The position numbers and the translations under genes are program-made. A stretch of DNA of 64,000 nt from the human T2T-CHM13v2.0 reference genome, Homo sapiens, in the NCBI RefSeq assembly GCF_009914755.1, contig NC_060933.1. One strand, given 5' to 3'. Below, one piece after another: positions 14,966 through 27,700 of this stretch; position 1 is the first letter of the stretch, and each line of letters starts with the position of its first letter. The notes beneath the pieces are model-generated. The model made no database searches. It saw only the letters and a list, made by a program, of their open reading frames with translations, and was not told where the DNA came from.

Positions 14966-15357
14966 TATACACCACGGAATACTATGCAGCCATAAAAAAG
15001 AATCAGTTAACGTCCTTTGCAGGGACATGGATGAAATTTGAAACCATCATCCTCAACAAACTAACACAGGAACAGAAAACCAAACACCGCTTGTTCTCAC
15101 TCATAAGTGGGAATTGAACAGTGGGAACACATGGACACAGGGAGGGGAACATCCCACACTGGGGCCTGTCAGGGGTTGTGAGGAAGCGGGAAGGAGAGCA
15201 TTAGGACAAATACCTAATGCATGTGGGGCTTAAAACCTAGATGACAGGTTGATAGCTGCAGCAAACCACCATGGCACATATATACCTATGTAACAAACCT
15301 GCATGTTCAGCACACGTATCCCAGAATTTACAGTAAAATTAAAAAAAGAAAAAAAAT
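14966..15357 (+). mobile_element. 5'-truncated L1PA (about PA7-PA10) 3' end with A tail and 15-bp TSD
   Basis: GGAATACTATGCAGCCATAAAAAAG...GCAGCAAACCACCATGGCAC; TSD aaatacatgcctcaa / aaatatgcgcctcaa. Confidence 0.93.
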
Positions 15358-15777
15358 AAATATGCGCCTCAACTTTGGGTCAAAGAAAGTTTGGCTGCCT
15401 TCTGTGATAATTGTTCAGGTTTCAAAACCCACCCAGGCCCATCTAGATAGAACGTGTGCCTACGGAGAACAACTACCCCTCCTTCATAAGGTTATTAAAT
15501 TTTACTTGGGAAATATCAACTGGAGAAGAATTCTGTTAAGTAGTTTTCCCTTGCAGATTCTTCAATTTTATCGATTGTTCCATGAAAAACTGGACTCTTT
15601 GAAGTGTGGATATTCTTGAACAAAAGATAATCTCTCTGGAGATTACCTGGTTTTAATTAGTTGGTGCTGAATGCACCTAGACATTTTAGCCTCTTTCTCA
15701 CTTAAAGCTGTTCAGACAAGATAGCTGTCTTAAATCCCTTCTGGAACACTCTGGAAATGAACAAATAAATTTCTACC

Positions 15778-16130
15778 AGCTTCTGTAACAGATAAACCCT
15801 TAAATCTCAGTGGCTTAAAACAATAGAAGTTTATTAGTTCTGCTCTGTGAAGACATCGAGGGACTTGGGCTTTATTTTGTGGCTCCTCCCTCTTCTAGGT
15901 CTTTGAAGTCCTTTCCATTTGACATGAAAAAAGATGAAGAGGATCATAATTATAAGGTTTTCATAAACCAGACCCAACAATAAACTCATAATGTCTGTTC
16001 ACATTTCATTAGTCAGAACTCAGTCATGTGGGCACACCCAACTAAATGCAAAGGAGGCAGGAACATGTAGTTTAGCTACGTGGCTATGAAGTAGAGAAAA
16101 TGCTGGTGTGTAGCTTGCCAGTATCTGCCA
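15778..16130 (-). mobile_element. Old MaLR LTR (MLT1J/K/L-like)
   Basis: AAATCTCAGTGGCTTAAAACAA and CACATTTCATTAGTCAGAACTCAGTCATGTGG...TGCAAAGGAGGC motifs. Confidence 0.7.
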
Positions 16131-16939
16131 AAATAAATATAAATTGATATTAATATGAATCTAGTATATATGCCTAGATTTATGCTTCTATTTTTTGTTT
16201 ATTTATAAATTGTTTCAGAGAAGACACAGGCATCTGGAAAATGACCTATTGTCTATCTATCTATTTATATCAACTATCTAAATGATCACTGATGCCATTT
16301 TGTATTTAACTCTGTGTGCATGTTTTTACACATTAGAGAAACACATCTTGCCATAGTAAGGTTTAACTCTGACCTTTGTTAATGTAATCCTTTTCCAGAT
16401 ACAGCTGCATCTAAAATTCCCATTTGCATGCCTACTCTTAATTCATACTAAATTGTTATTAGATTCCTAGGTGGTATAAATGCAACCTTTAAAACAATTA
16501 TATATCAGTCAAGCTAAGCAAGAACATGCAATTCTTTATATTCCAAAAACTGTAATAACATATTTTTTGCCTGTAACTTTAGCAGATATTTGGGAACTTT
16601 TATCTACTGATGGTTGCCAACTTACTGCTTGAGTTCTGTCCAAAAAAGAGTAGAAAACTATCAAAGTAGGAAGTATATTTAATTGAACTCAATAAACACC
16701 TTCTGGCTACCTTTTATATGCAAAGTGGAGCTGGGGACAGAGATGAGCAAATGCAATACTATTCTAAAACAGCTTATAGTCTAGTAAGGAAACTCTGTCC
16801 AGTAAACAAATTAATTATATTGACTTTCCCAAATTGGAATCACATAATTTTAAGCAGCAAAGATGCACTTTATTACATTATTTTATATATTGAAATACTG
16901 AAAAAACAATATCCAGCTATGGAAAGACAATTGTATTAT

Positions 16940-17280
16940 TCATGACTCATGGTTCCAAATGGACTATTATGCAGGAATTAAAATGATGGCTATAAGAGAT
17001 ATTTAATAATTTGGAAAATGTTTATATAAAAAAGATATTAAGTGAAAAAATAAATTTATATCTACATCCTGAACATAGTTAAGGAAAAATACCTTCATGC
17101 ATAAAGCAAAAGAATGAAAGGAAATATGCCAAACTTTAAAGTGTTAGATTGTGCTATAGGTATTAGTTACTTATTCTAGGAGTTCTGCTTTCTCTTCATT
17201 TTTTATTTAAAAAATGTTTTCAATGCGCATTGTATTGCACTGATTTTGAGGAAACAATAAAAACAAAAATACAATAAAAG
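16940..17280 (+). mobile_element. L1ME-like 3' end fragment
   Basis: ATGGACTATTATGCAG...TTAAGTGAAAAAA...GAAAGGAAATATGCCAAA. Confidence 0.6.
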
Positions 17281-18074
17281 TCCTTCAAAATTCAATCATA
17301 GGTAAACTCTGTTCTGAATGAATAATGTATATAGATAACTTGCTATATCTTTAGTCAATTAATTAGCCACATTATAAAGTTAGGGCAAAGATAAGGCTCC
17401 TTTTCTTTACTACTTCTATTTTCCCTGTTATGGTAATTTACCTCTACCTTTAAAACATTTATAATATATAATTGTATATAAAATTATAATTTCTCACCTC
17501 TCTCTCTCTCTACTAAGGAAATTACATATAGGAGAGGTAGAGAGAAGATCAAATATGTATATATTCTAGTTTATTTATATTTTGATAAACATTTTTGAAA
17601 TCATAGGGAATCACATTAATATTTACATTAATATAATATACATGCTAATTATCCTCTTCTGAATAATTTGTATTGAAAGAAAACCAATAAATGGCTCAGC
17701 AAACAGATTTTCATGATTCAAAATGAAGTGAAAAACAGATAAAGTATGAAAGAGCAGATAGAGTATAAAACAGCTTACATAAAGAAATGAATCCTGGAAA
17801 TTTAACTTTGTTTTATGGAAAACAAAGTCATTTCAGGCTTTAACTTAGCCACTTCAGGAGTATAATTCATAGGTTATGTTTATATGAAAGCTTCATTGAG
17901 TATGTACAACTAGGTGAACACTTAGTTCAGTTTTCCAACAAGAAAACTGGTTTTAAAATAAGCCTGTTAGTGTCTAACGATGTGTGGCCAGAAAAAAAGA
18001 AATATTAACTAACAATTTCTGGAACAAATCATTTACAGGGCTACTAAATATCTTTCTATATAATATTTGGAAAT

Positions 18075-18470
18075 AATGATAATAATAAAAATACTTATGA
18101 CATGATTATCTGATATCCATTATTTTATTCAGTCCTCAAAACAATCTCCCCTGAGATAGGAACTGTTCTCATTACCATTTTGTAGATAAGAAAAGTGAGT
18201 CTCTGGGTTAAGTTTACTTGTACAAGGACTTGCAGCAAAGAAGTGATAGAAAGGGGATTCAAACTCACGTCTTTCTGGCTCTAAAGTCCTAGTTACTCTA
18301 GTAAAACAAACAAACAAACAAACAAACACAACCAAAAAAACCCTGAGTGGTAGGTGGCATTATTCCTATCCCTTTAACAGAATAGGCAATTGAGTCTCAG
18401 GAGATCTGAGCTACTAGATCAAGGTCAGTTAGGTAGTGTGGCAGAACTAGGATTCCAATGCAAATCTGTC
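18075..18470 (-). mobile_element. Two MIR fragments separated by (AAAC)n
   Basis: CCATTTTGTAGATAAGAAAAGTGAG...GGATTCAAACTCA, plus a second core TTTAACAGAATAGGCAATTGAGTCTCAG. Confidence 0.7.
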
Positions 18471-18729
18471 ATTGACCTGGCTGAGGTCCCTCTACCCATC
18501 TTTGAAAAGCTGTAGACCTGCCGTAGCAGAAAAACTAAGCCCTATCCCTCAATACATTTTGTAAATGAAACAAGCAGCATTTATTATACAATTTACTAGT
18601 TTCAGCTTTATCAAGGCCTCATAATGTTGTATTAATATGTTGTATTAATATTGCATGTTCTCAGCATGAAAAATCCAAGGTGAAAGTGGGTACATTTGTA
18701 TCTGCTCTGTAATCTAGGTTTTCTACAAG

Positions 18730-18858
18730 TAGAGTGACCATAGACTATACCACACACACTGGGATGCTTCTGTAGGAGTGGGGACACTGTGTGTAGTAAT
18801 GCTGGGCAGCGGTGAAAAACAGAGACTGTCTTAGTCAAAGGAGGACATATGGCCACCA
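18730..18858 (+). mobile_element. MER94-like hAT-Blackjack MITE
   Basis: AGAGTGACCATA ... GGACATATGGCCACC decayed TIRs; ~130 bp. Confidence 0.6.
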
Positions 18859-19988
18859 CTGTTCCTGGGACATGTAGACCCTCCCTCTTGACAGTCATTG
18901 GCTGGTTTTTCCCTTAGGCTCGGGGGATCTGTTATAAATACTCTTGTCTCAGATATTGCTCTGAAACCAACTGAGAACTTTTAATGTAAATCTGAAGAAA
19001 CGTATCTTTCTTTGTTCCTAATTGATTAATCTAGTTTTAGGAAAAACATGTCTAAAATCAAGTAAGAGGTTTTGAGCTGGAATTGAGCAGATTTTCCTGC
19101 CTTTTGGGGGGCATTGTCATGTTTACAGCTAGAAGACTGTTACAGTAAGGGGTTTGCATTTTAACCCTGAGTAAACATTGATTTTTGTGTTCCATTTTTG
19201 CTGTAGAAAGAGTGATGCTTATGAAGTCTATTAACACCCAAGGAAGTAATGTTGCCTTCAACTTTCAATCCTTGCTCTGATCTCCATTGTGAGAACTTGG
19301 ACTAATAAGAGTGAACTATGTTATTTTCTTATCAACATTGTTCTAATTGGCAGCTGACTTCATGATTAAAAACTTGGAACTAGCAATTCATCATCAAGAC
19401 ATCAAAGATATAATGGTATGCTATGGAAACAGAGATATAACCATGAAAATAAATAACATGGAAAGAGAATAGGGCATTTTGAATAGCCATATCTGAGAGC
19501 AATTTCTGATTTTGTAAATGGTGATAACTGTGTTAATCTAGTATGTAAACTCATAAGGCATGAGTTTCCCAATGTCAAGGATAATATCTACATCTTTCTA
19601 TTTGTTTTGATACTTAAATGAGTTGAAAGTACATAAAATAGCAAGCATAGAGAAAGCCCCTAGCAAATGGTGGTTCTCCTCTTTTTATTTTTTATTTAAA
19701 ATAGCAAAGTCAAACCCCAAGTTCTATAGCTACATGCTGTACCTGTATTTTTCACAATAAACATACTAAACGTCACAATCTATCTTTTTTCCCTCCTATT
19801 CCCTCTATTTTCACTTCTTTTTCTTGTCCTTACTGTTTCCATCTTTCCTTCTATTTCTTCTGTTTTTTTCTTATTATGCCCTCTTCCCTTCCCCATCTTT
19901 CCCTCTCACCCAAAGTCTTAAGGTGGCCAACATATTATAAAATGAACATACTGCACATCCGCATGTGAAAAATGATTTGAAATTTAAA

Positions 19989-20290
19989 TTTTATTATTTT
20001 TTAGATTGAGTTCTGCTCCATCGCCCAGGCTGGAGTGCGGTGGCCATGATCTGGACTTGCTGCAACCTCCGCCTGGCTGGTTCAAGCAATTCTTCTGCTT
20101 CAGCCACCCAAGTAGCTGGGATTACAGCTGTGCATCACCACGCCTGGCTAATTTTTTTTCTTGTATGTTTAGTAGAGAAGGGGTTTCACCATGTTGACCA
20201 GGCTGGTCTCAAACTCTTGACCTCAAGTGATCTGCCCACCTCAGCCTCCCAAAGTGCTGGGATTACAGACATGAGCCACGGCGCCCGGCC
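19989..20290 (-). mobile_element. AluS (Sx/Sz-like)
   Basis: Full Alu with TSD tgaaattta. Confidence 0.94.
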
Positions 20291-21479
20291 TGAAATTTAG
20301 TCTTTTTAGAAGTGATCGTTATTATCAAAATCATTAGCCCTTTAATCAAGGATAAGTCAGGTTTGTTTATAAGGCCTTTGGGGACAGATTTCAATGGCAT
20401 CTCTTAGAAAAGAAACACGGGATGTGTAAAGTGCTGACAAAATTTTTCCTCTGGAGGATAAATTTCTCTGTAGCAGACAGACACATGAATATTATATTTA
20501 GATAGAGTGCTCTTCAATATTAGTTTCATTCCTTAAAACAAAATGGAAAATATTGGTATATGTAAAGCCTTTACTATCCTTATAAGATTGAAACTTCTGT
20601 TAGTGCTCATGTTTGTTTATATTTTTCTTCTTTGATCCTTTCCCTAAGGCCTTCAATAATGGGTACTGCAATGGAACCAAAGTCACAAAAGGACTTATAA
20701 AAAGGAATTAAAAAACGAAAGAGAAAGGAATGAAAGGTACTTAGGTAAAAGAAAGAGGAGGAAGTTGAGGAATCAAACTTCTCTGTCTTGGTTTAGGAAA
20801 CGGTGAGGGCATCTAAGGATTTATTGTATGAATCTGATTTTTCAGTACTTTTCTGCATCAGCAGCTGGGTTCCGGTAACTGAAAGCTGATTACTGCGTAA
20901 AGGAGTGAAAAATAGATGTTAATTAGATAAAATTGTCTGAGGAGAATAGCAACATTTTGGAAACCTGGGATATAAGAAAGCTAGACTTTCTGCAAGTTTA
21001 TTTAACAAGGGAGAGTTTCCCCTTCTTATCCTAATCTTCGTTTCTCTGTCCTCCTAAAAGCCCTCCTAAAAATCCTCCAACAACCTCAGTCCGTCATGAA
21101 CAAGTCACAGATCCACAGTGCAGAGTCTGGACTAGTGCTGACCTTGACAGTGATGGACACCCTGTGATCTGGACTTGGCTCTCCATCACAACAATCCCAG
21201 GTCTATTTACTGTAAGACCAATTTACAGACTAAAGGGCTTAACTTTTCTGTCCACGCAAGTAGAAATTTCTGAGTATTCCAGGCAGGCTGGTATTGAGGC
21301 TTACCACAGGAGTCAGAAGTTATTTTTCCACCTGGAATGCACTTCAATTTTTCCACATGGACTACTCCCTGATTTCCTCACCACTGCCACAAAGGACATT
21401 GATAGTTACATTCAAACTGACATACAAAATTAAACATCTAAGAGATGCCAGGATAGTTACCAAAACTTTAACACTTGAA

Positions 21480-21829
21480 TCAGTAGGCCAAGTAAAGATC
21501 TGCTGTTACCAGTGTGGGTGAACATTGTTCAATCTGTGAGGGCTCAGAGACAACAAGGCTGAAAAAAAGCAAATTTTCTCTCCCTCTCTTCTTGAGCTGA
21601 GACATCCATCTTCTCCTATTCTCTGATATGGGAGCTCCTTGTTCTCAGGCCTTTGGGCTCAGTCTATGTTGTATCACTGGCTTTCCTGGTTTTCCGGCTT
21701 GCAGAGAGCAGATGGTAGGACTTCTTGGCCTTCATAATTGCATGATCCAATGACCATAAATCTGTGTGTAAGTTTGTGTGCATCCACATCTTATTGATTC
21801 TGTTTCTCTGGGGAATTCTGACTAAAACA
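21480..21829 (+). mobile_element. MLT2-family ERVL LTR (partial)
   Basis: TTGAGCTGAGACATCCATCTTCTCC...GATTCTGTTTCTCTGGGGAATTCTGACTAAAACA. Confidence 0.8.
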
Positions 21830-21863
21830 GACACTTTAAATAAATGTCATTGTTGGCTTAAAG

Positions 21864-22040
21864 CAGTGGATTCTCCAGTTTTAGTATACTAAGAAGTCAT
21901 CCTGGAAGAGTATAACAGGGAAGAATATTTGTTCTGATTCATCAGGTCCAGGGAGGTACCTATGAATCTTCACTGTTCATGAACAATTTCAGGTGATTCT
22001 CATTCAGCTGATGAAAGGACCACTCTTCCAATAGAAGAGT
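21864..22040. mobile_element. MER5-like hAT-Charlie
   Basis: CAGTGGATTCTC...TTCTGATTCA...CAGGTGATTCT...GGACCACTCTT. Confidence 0.6.
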
Positions 22041-23949
22041 GTAGAACAGAAACTCTATTCTAAGGAATTCACGCCTCAAAGGAAGGAATGGGTCAAATTC
22101 TCTTTCTGACTTAACAGCAATAGCTGTGAAACTGAAGCTCTAAAACATTTAAGGAAGGATATGTTTCAACAGGAAAGGAAAAGAAGCCAACGTGGTCAGT
22201 ATGTTTCCTAGGAAAGAGAGTCACTGGATGAGATGGGGATGGTCACTGCCAGCTTAGCCCAGCCTTTGGGTTTTCAGATATAGCTTCTGAGTATCTTTCC
22301 TGTGGAAAGAGTACCTGGGCGTCCTTGAAGACCACTTGAAGATTCTAGTATTGCCATTGCGAGAAAAAAATGTTACTTTAAGAATAATCAAAGGACATGA
22401 TGGTTCATTCACCAATCTTTTGGGTTTTTATTGTATTAGTGTTTTATCAAAAGCCAGATAAAGTGGCAGCTCTGTGTGTGACCAATGACATTTACATATA
22501 AGGCACATTCCTGTGACATTCCCAGATTATGAGTCTGTGGGATAGATAAAATATATTGATTAACTCCACCCTTTTCTCTTCTACTCAAGAGTACAAATGG
22601 ACTCAAGAGTAAGTAAAAATGGTGGTGTTATATGGAGAGTCAGTGGTTCATTCTGCTTGTTAATAGGCTTCATTCCTCAAACTTCCACAATCAAGCTGTT
22701 ATTGATCAAAAATGACTTGTCATAGCCATCACAACTGCTGCGTGAACACGCAGTTGGGAACTGTGACAAGAGAGGTGGCTTTGTACTTTATGGCCCTGAG
22801 AGGATGAGGATTACATGCTGTCATGTTAGGGGTTCAGGAGAGATGTTACCTCAAGCTGCAATCCTCCATGATGGGTCCTCTCTACTCTTCCTGGGATTGC
22901 AGAAAAGATCTGTAATTGAACACCATCTATTTTTCTGCACTGTCTTATCAGCGGTCATAACAGGTCTTCAGAGAAAGCTTTTTAGGGGGCTTTTGAGTGC
23001 TACACAGTGTTGGTGTAGTTTTGAAGGACGGTAGCAATGTCTGAAAAACACAGCGCAGAGTCACCTTCCTATTGAGTCACCAAAGGCCTGCAGGTACTCC
23101 TTGGATAATGGGGATTCCCTCGAAGAACCTGCAACACAGTCCATGCAATGCTAGTCACCATGACTGTGTTCATTACCACCCGGTATTGCATGCTTTTATT
23201 CAGGGCTTGTTATAACTTCAAGTGTTACCAGGACAAAAGCAGTCAGTAATCCTTCTGATTACTGAATGGACGTTTTGACCATAAACAGTTGGGCTTAACA
23301 AACAGGGAGCAGGTAATTAAAATACCTTAAAGTCATTTAATTTATTCAATATTTCAGCCATCACTAAGATGAGAAAAGAAAAAAAAGTTTCTTGCTTATC
23401 ACCTTAGAGAAAGAAAGGGTCGACAGGGCAAGTGTAAGAATAATCTCAACCTGTTCGAGGAATTCCAAGCCTATTTAATTCTAGAAAATTTTGAAACGCT
23501 ACTTGGTTTCAGGAAATGCTTGCTGTAAGGGTCAAAGACAGGCAGGTTAGAAGCACAATCCTAACTTATCAAACCTGCCCCAGACATACTCCACATTGTT
23601 CATTCTGTTGCCAGAGGAGTTATTAGAAATCTAGACTTCTGATTTGCATCCTAGGAATATCAGAGTGAGGACCTAGAGGCATTTTTTTCCTCATGATGTA
23701 TTTAGCTTTAAGGACTGTGTAGAAATAAATATTTAGATCTTTAATAGCAAAGGGATGAGAGATAAATTCTGTGTGTCGAATCCACATTTTTTGGTTACTG
23801 GCAAGAATTTAGTGATTGAAGTTAAGAACTCAATACTGTGATTAACGTGCTATTTAATGTGCCAGTCTTAGTAATGCACTATTTAAAGTATCTTTCTTTT
23901 TAAAAGTCCCTACTATGTAGAATTTGGTTTAGGATTGAAAACCTACTTG

Positions 23950-24172
23950 GAATAGTGGTAAATGCTTAACAACTGGCTTTCCAAAGGGTGGGGTAAATGG
24001 GGGGGCTGGGGTTGAGGAAGTCCTGTTTTCTACCTTTTGCAGATTTCCATGATGTAAATATTTTCTATCATGATCAATTTCTACCTCACAATATGATAAC
24101 ATGCTTATAAAATTTGTGGAAAATCAACAGTTGATTCTTGCAAAGCTGATATAAGTTGGATCCAGCACACAC
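23950..24172 (-). mobile_element. MER63-like hAT-Blackjack
   Basis: GGTAAATGCTTAACAACTGGCT ... GATTTCCATGATGTAAATA ... TCCAGCACAC. Confidence 0.7.
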
Positions 24173-24579
24173 AAGTACCTGGACCCTACTTCTTTGAATG
24201 CAATAGCTCCATATATATTAAGACCCTGTTTTATGTAATGTATATAATTTTGACGTAAATTTTGTGTAACCAAATGTAATACATTGTACTTTTAAAAAAC
24301 CTTGTTATTGGTTCAAAACACTGTTATGTCTTATTTCATAAAACTGTTTCTGAAAGTTCTGAAAGGCTGCAAGTGCATTGAAAATTTCCTAAATTCATTA
24401 TAGGTGAAATCTGACACAAATTTTATTGTCTTCAAAAGATTTCCATTTTAAAAAGTATATATTTAATTTGTCTTTTGTGTTACATTTTCACATTTGATAG
24501 TTGCATAGTAAAGAAAGGCAGTTCTTAATCAAACTTGGTGATTATATGGAAACAAGTGTCTATTAGGCCTCATTTTGAG

Positions 24580-24815
24580 GGCAGGAAGGTGGCACAGACT
24601 AATGGTTAAGCCCATGGGTTTGGAATCAGGCTGGTCCTAGCACTTACCACCTGAATGAATTAAAATGGGGCAGTTACTTAACCTGTTTGCCTCAATTTTA
24701 CCTTTGTAAAATGGGATACTAACAGTACCTACTTCATAAAATTGTTGCAGGCTTAAACAAGTTAACATATGTAAAGTGCTTAGAGCAGTGTCTGCCACTT
24801 ACTAAGTACCACATG
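24580..24815 (+). mobile_element. MIR
   Basis: GGGCAGTTACTTAACCT...CCTCAATTT...TGTAAAATGGGATA...GTAAAGTGCTTAGAGCAGTG. Confidence 0.85.
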
Positions 24816-25074
24816 ATTCTGCTTTTATGGCCACTAATATATTTTAGGACAGCAATTAACAAGCTATTAGTGTAGAACTCGATAAATGTTGCCTTAGATT
24901 AGGGTTCTCAAAGTATGGGGCCCCCAAAATCTGTGTTTTAATAAGCATGCAGGTATATCTGATGAACTCCTGTGTTCTAAAAGTGTGAATGTTCTTTCTG
25001 GGAGAAAGTGTCCCTCCATATTATAGTTTTTTGAGACCAAATGGTCTGGATTAAGCAAACTGCTTAACAATTAA

Positions 25075-25290
25075 AAAATAGCTATAATTTTATATGCCAG
25101 GCATAATGCTAGGTTTTTTTCTGTGTATCATAGCATTTACTCCTCACAACAACTCTAGAAAGGAGGTACTGCTATTGTCATTGTTTTATAGATAGGCAAT
25201 TGATTTTCAGAGTCCTTAAGACATGTGCCCAATGTCGCAGTCTAGTAATAAGTCTGGTTCCATCATCTCTACTTTTGCCCACTATACCAT
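25075..25290 (-). mobile_element. MIR
   Basis: TATGCCAGGCA...TCCTCACAACAACTCTAG...TTTTATAGATAGG. Confidence 0.75.
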
Positions 25291-26942
25291 ACGGCCTAAT
25301 ATTTCTAAATAGGGACTATTCAGAAATCTCACTTTCATTTAAGAAATTAAGTTTTAGGAAGGTGATTAAGCTTTAAGAAAGCACAAAATAAATGTTACAT
25401 CCTTCATATTTTCCAGTTGAGTAGATGCCAGGCTGGGAGTCAGCCTCACTGGAAAAGAATAATTTGTGTGATAATACACAATGAACTGGACCACTCTCGT
25501 GGTATTTTGCAGAACTTTCTGTGTATTTTTTTTTAAATCTAAGTTTGTTTCTAAATACATAAATCTCTGAGAAAGCCCGTGAGAAGATTCCACTAAGGCA
25601 GCAACAAAGACTTCTGTTCCACTGGACTTTTTTTAGGTAAATGGAAAAAAAAAAGAAGTGGAAGCAAACAACTGAACATTCGTAAGATGCTATCTCTCAA
25701 TAATTACGTAATATTATGGAAATAGACTCTAGGCAACATTCTAAAATTTGGGCTTTACCTACTTTTTTTTTTTCCATTTTCAAAGAGTGGAAGACCACAA
25801 AAGAGAAAAGATATTCACAATCACAGACCACAGAGATAAAGACAAGAGGAGACATTTCAGGGTTACTCCTAATGCTAAGTATCTGAGAATTAAACCTCCC
25901 AGACAACCAGGAAGGCTTCAACTGCTGGGAATATTCACACCTTTTTGGATGACTAATTAATTACTTCAGGTGATAGAGAGCTCGAAGGGCACTAAAGAGT
26001 GTGTGTCGGGGGCGGGTTGGGGGGAGCAGTCTTACCCTTATTGCCTCAAAAGAAAATTACCTTTTGCACTTCTCCAGATTACGACGACTCCCTGACTACA
26101 AGTATAAATAAAAATAATCTATTCAGAAGCATCTATTACAAATAACATTCTAGGGAGAGCTCTTGACTGCATATCCTCAGAAGACAAGTTTTATTAGAAA
26201 TAAAAAAGGAGTGTGAGCATACTAAACAGCAGCACCATCACTATACACATGTTAAATATTTTACTACTGTGTTAGTGAAATATTTAAAGTGATCTCTAAA
26301 CTTTTCTCCCCCCATCACATGGGAGCCTGAATATGTCACTACCCAATGCTGTCTGACAACCTCACGTTGGCAAAATGCTTCCCAGGGGAAAGAAAAAAAA
26401 AAAGGAAGAGAAAACAAGAAACAATTCATGTGAAAGAGTGACTGCAACTATTTTGATTTTTAATAGGAAAGAAATAGATCTCATATTAAACAAAGTGGTG
26501 AGGCTAGGCATTAAGAGATGTTGCAAGCCGTTTGTCCCAGATTCTGGCTCTGCAAACAAGCCCCAGCAGGCTTCAATGAAAACATCATTTTTGGTGTAGC
26601 TGAGTGTGTGGCTCGACTGCTCTTAGCTGCCTCTTGCTGAATGATGTCACTGGAAAGGACATCCAATAAAAAAGCCTCTCGGACCTGCTTATACTGTGTG
26701 GGTTCTTTGTCCTTTACAGCCTTTGCTCCTGGGATGAAATGTAAGAACACTTCAGCTCCAGAGTCAGCTTTGGCGCTGATCCTATCCTGAATTCTAAGAA
26801 CTTTTAAGCCTTCTTTAGATTCTAAATGAGCCATCTTTAGCCAAACTGCAATTCAATGCAACAGATGTCTGGAGGGACACTGAACATGTGGCTGAAAATG
26901 GATCAAACAGATAACAACTAGATTTATGTCTAAATGGGGTCT

Positions 26943-27311
26943 TGCTATAGAGAGAATGTTTGCATTACTGCAAAATTTATATGTTAAATCCTAACCCCCA
27001 AGGTGATGGCATTTGGAGATAGAACCTTCGAGAAGTGTTTAGGTCATGAGGGTGAAGTCCTAATGAATGGGTTTATTAGTGCCCTTATAAAAGGGACCCC
27101 AGAAACCTCCCTCACCCCTTTCCACCATGTGAGGACACAGGGAGAAGATGCTGTCTGTGAACCAGGAAGTGGGCCTTTAGCAGATACCACATATATTGGT
27201 GCCTTCATGAAGGTCTTCCTACTATGCAAAACTGTGAGAAATAAATTTCTGTGGTTTACAAGCCACCTAGTCTATGGTATTCTGTCATAGCAACCTGAAC
27301 AGACTAAGACA
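26943..27311 (+). mobile_element. MLT1A/MLT1A0 solo LTR with perfect 5-bp TSD
   Basis: TG...CA ends (TGCTATAG...GACTAAGACA), internal AATAAA, TSD ggtct at 26938-26942 and 27312-27316. Confidence 0.92.
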
Positions 27312-27489
27312 GGTCTCTTCTAGACCAATCTATACTTGCCTTTAATATAGAATCCAGCACCAAGGCCTAAGACACCACTGGATACCTCTGTAAAACTCTC
27401 CCCACACACATTTTACTACAGCTAATGTTGCAATGTTGAAAAATGGAAAATACAGAAAAGCTATTGATTCTTTTGGACCATCGGATTGA

Positions 27490-27700
27490 TATCATTGAGA
27501 ACTTACTATGTGCTAAGCACTTTACATATATTGTCTAACAATACTGGGAGAAAAATAGTTATCTCTGTTTTATAAAAGAGTTCAAGGCTCAGAGAAGTTA
27601 AGCCACTTATTTAAGGTCATACTGTTAAGTCAATGTTAGAATTGGAATTTGAACATTGGTCAGTCCCTTTCTAAACCCCATATACTTAATTGCTAAACCA
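27490..27700 (-). mobile_element. MIR
   Basis: ACTTACTATGTGCTAAGCAC...AGGCTCAGAGAAGTTAAG...AAGGTCA. Confidence 0.75.
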
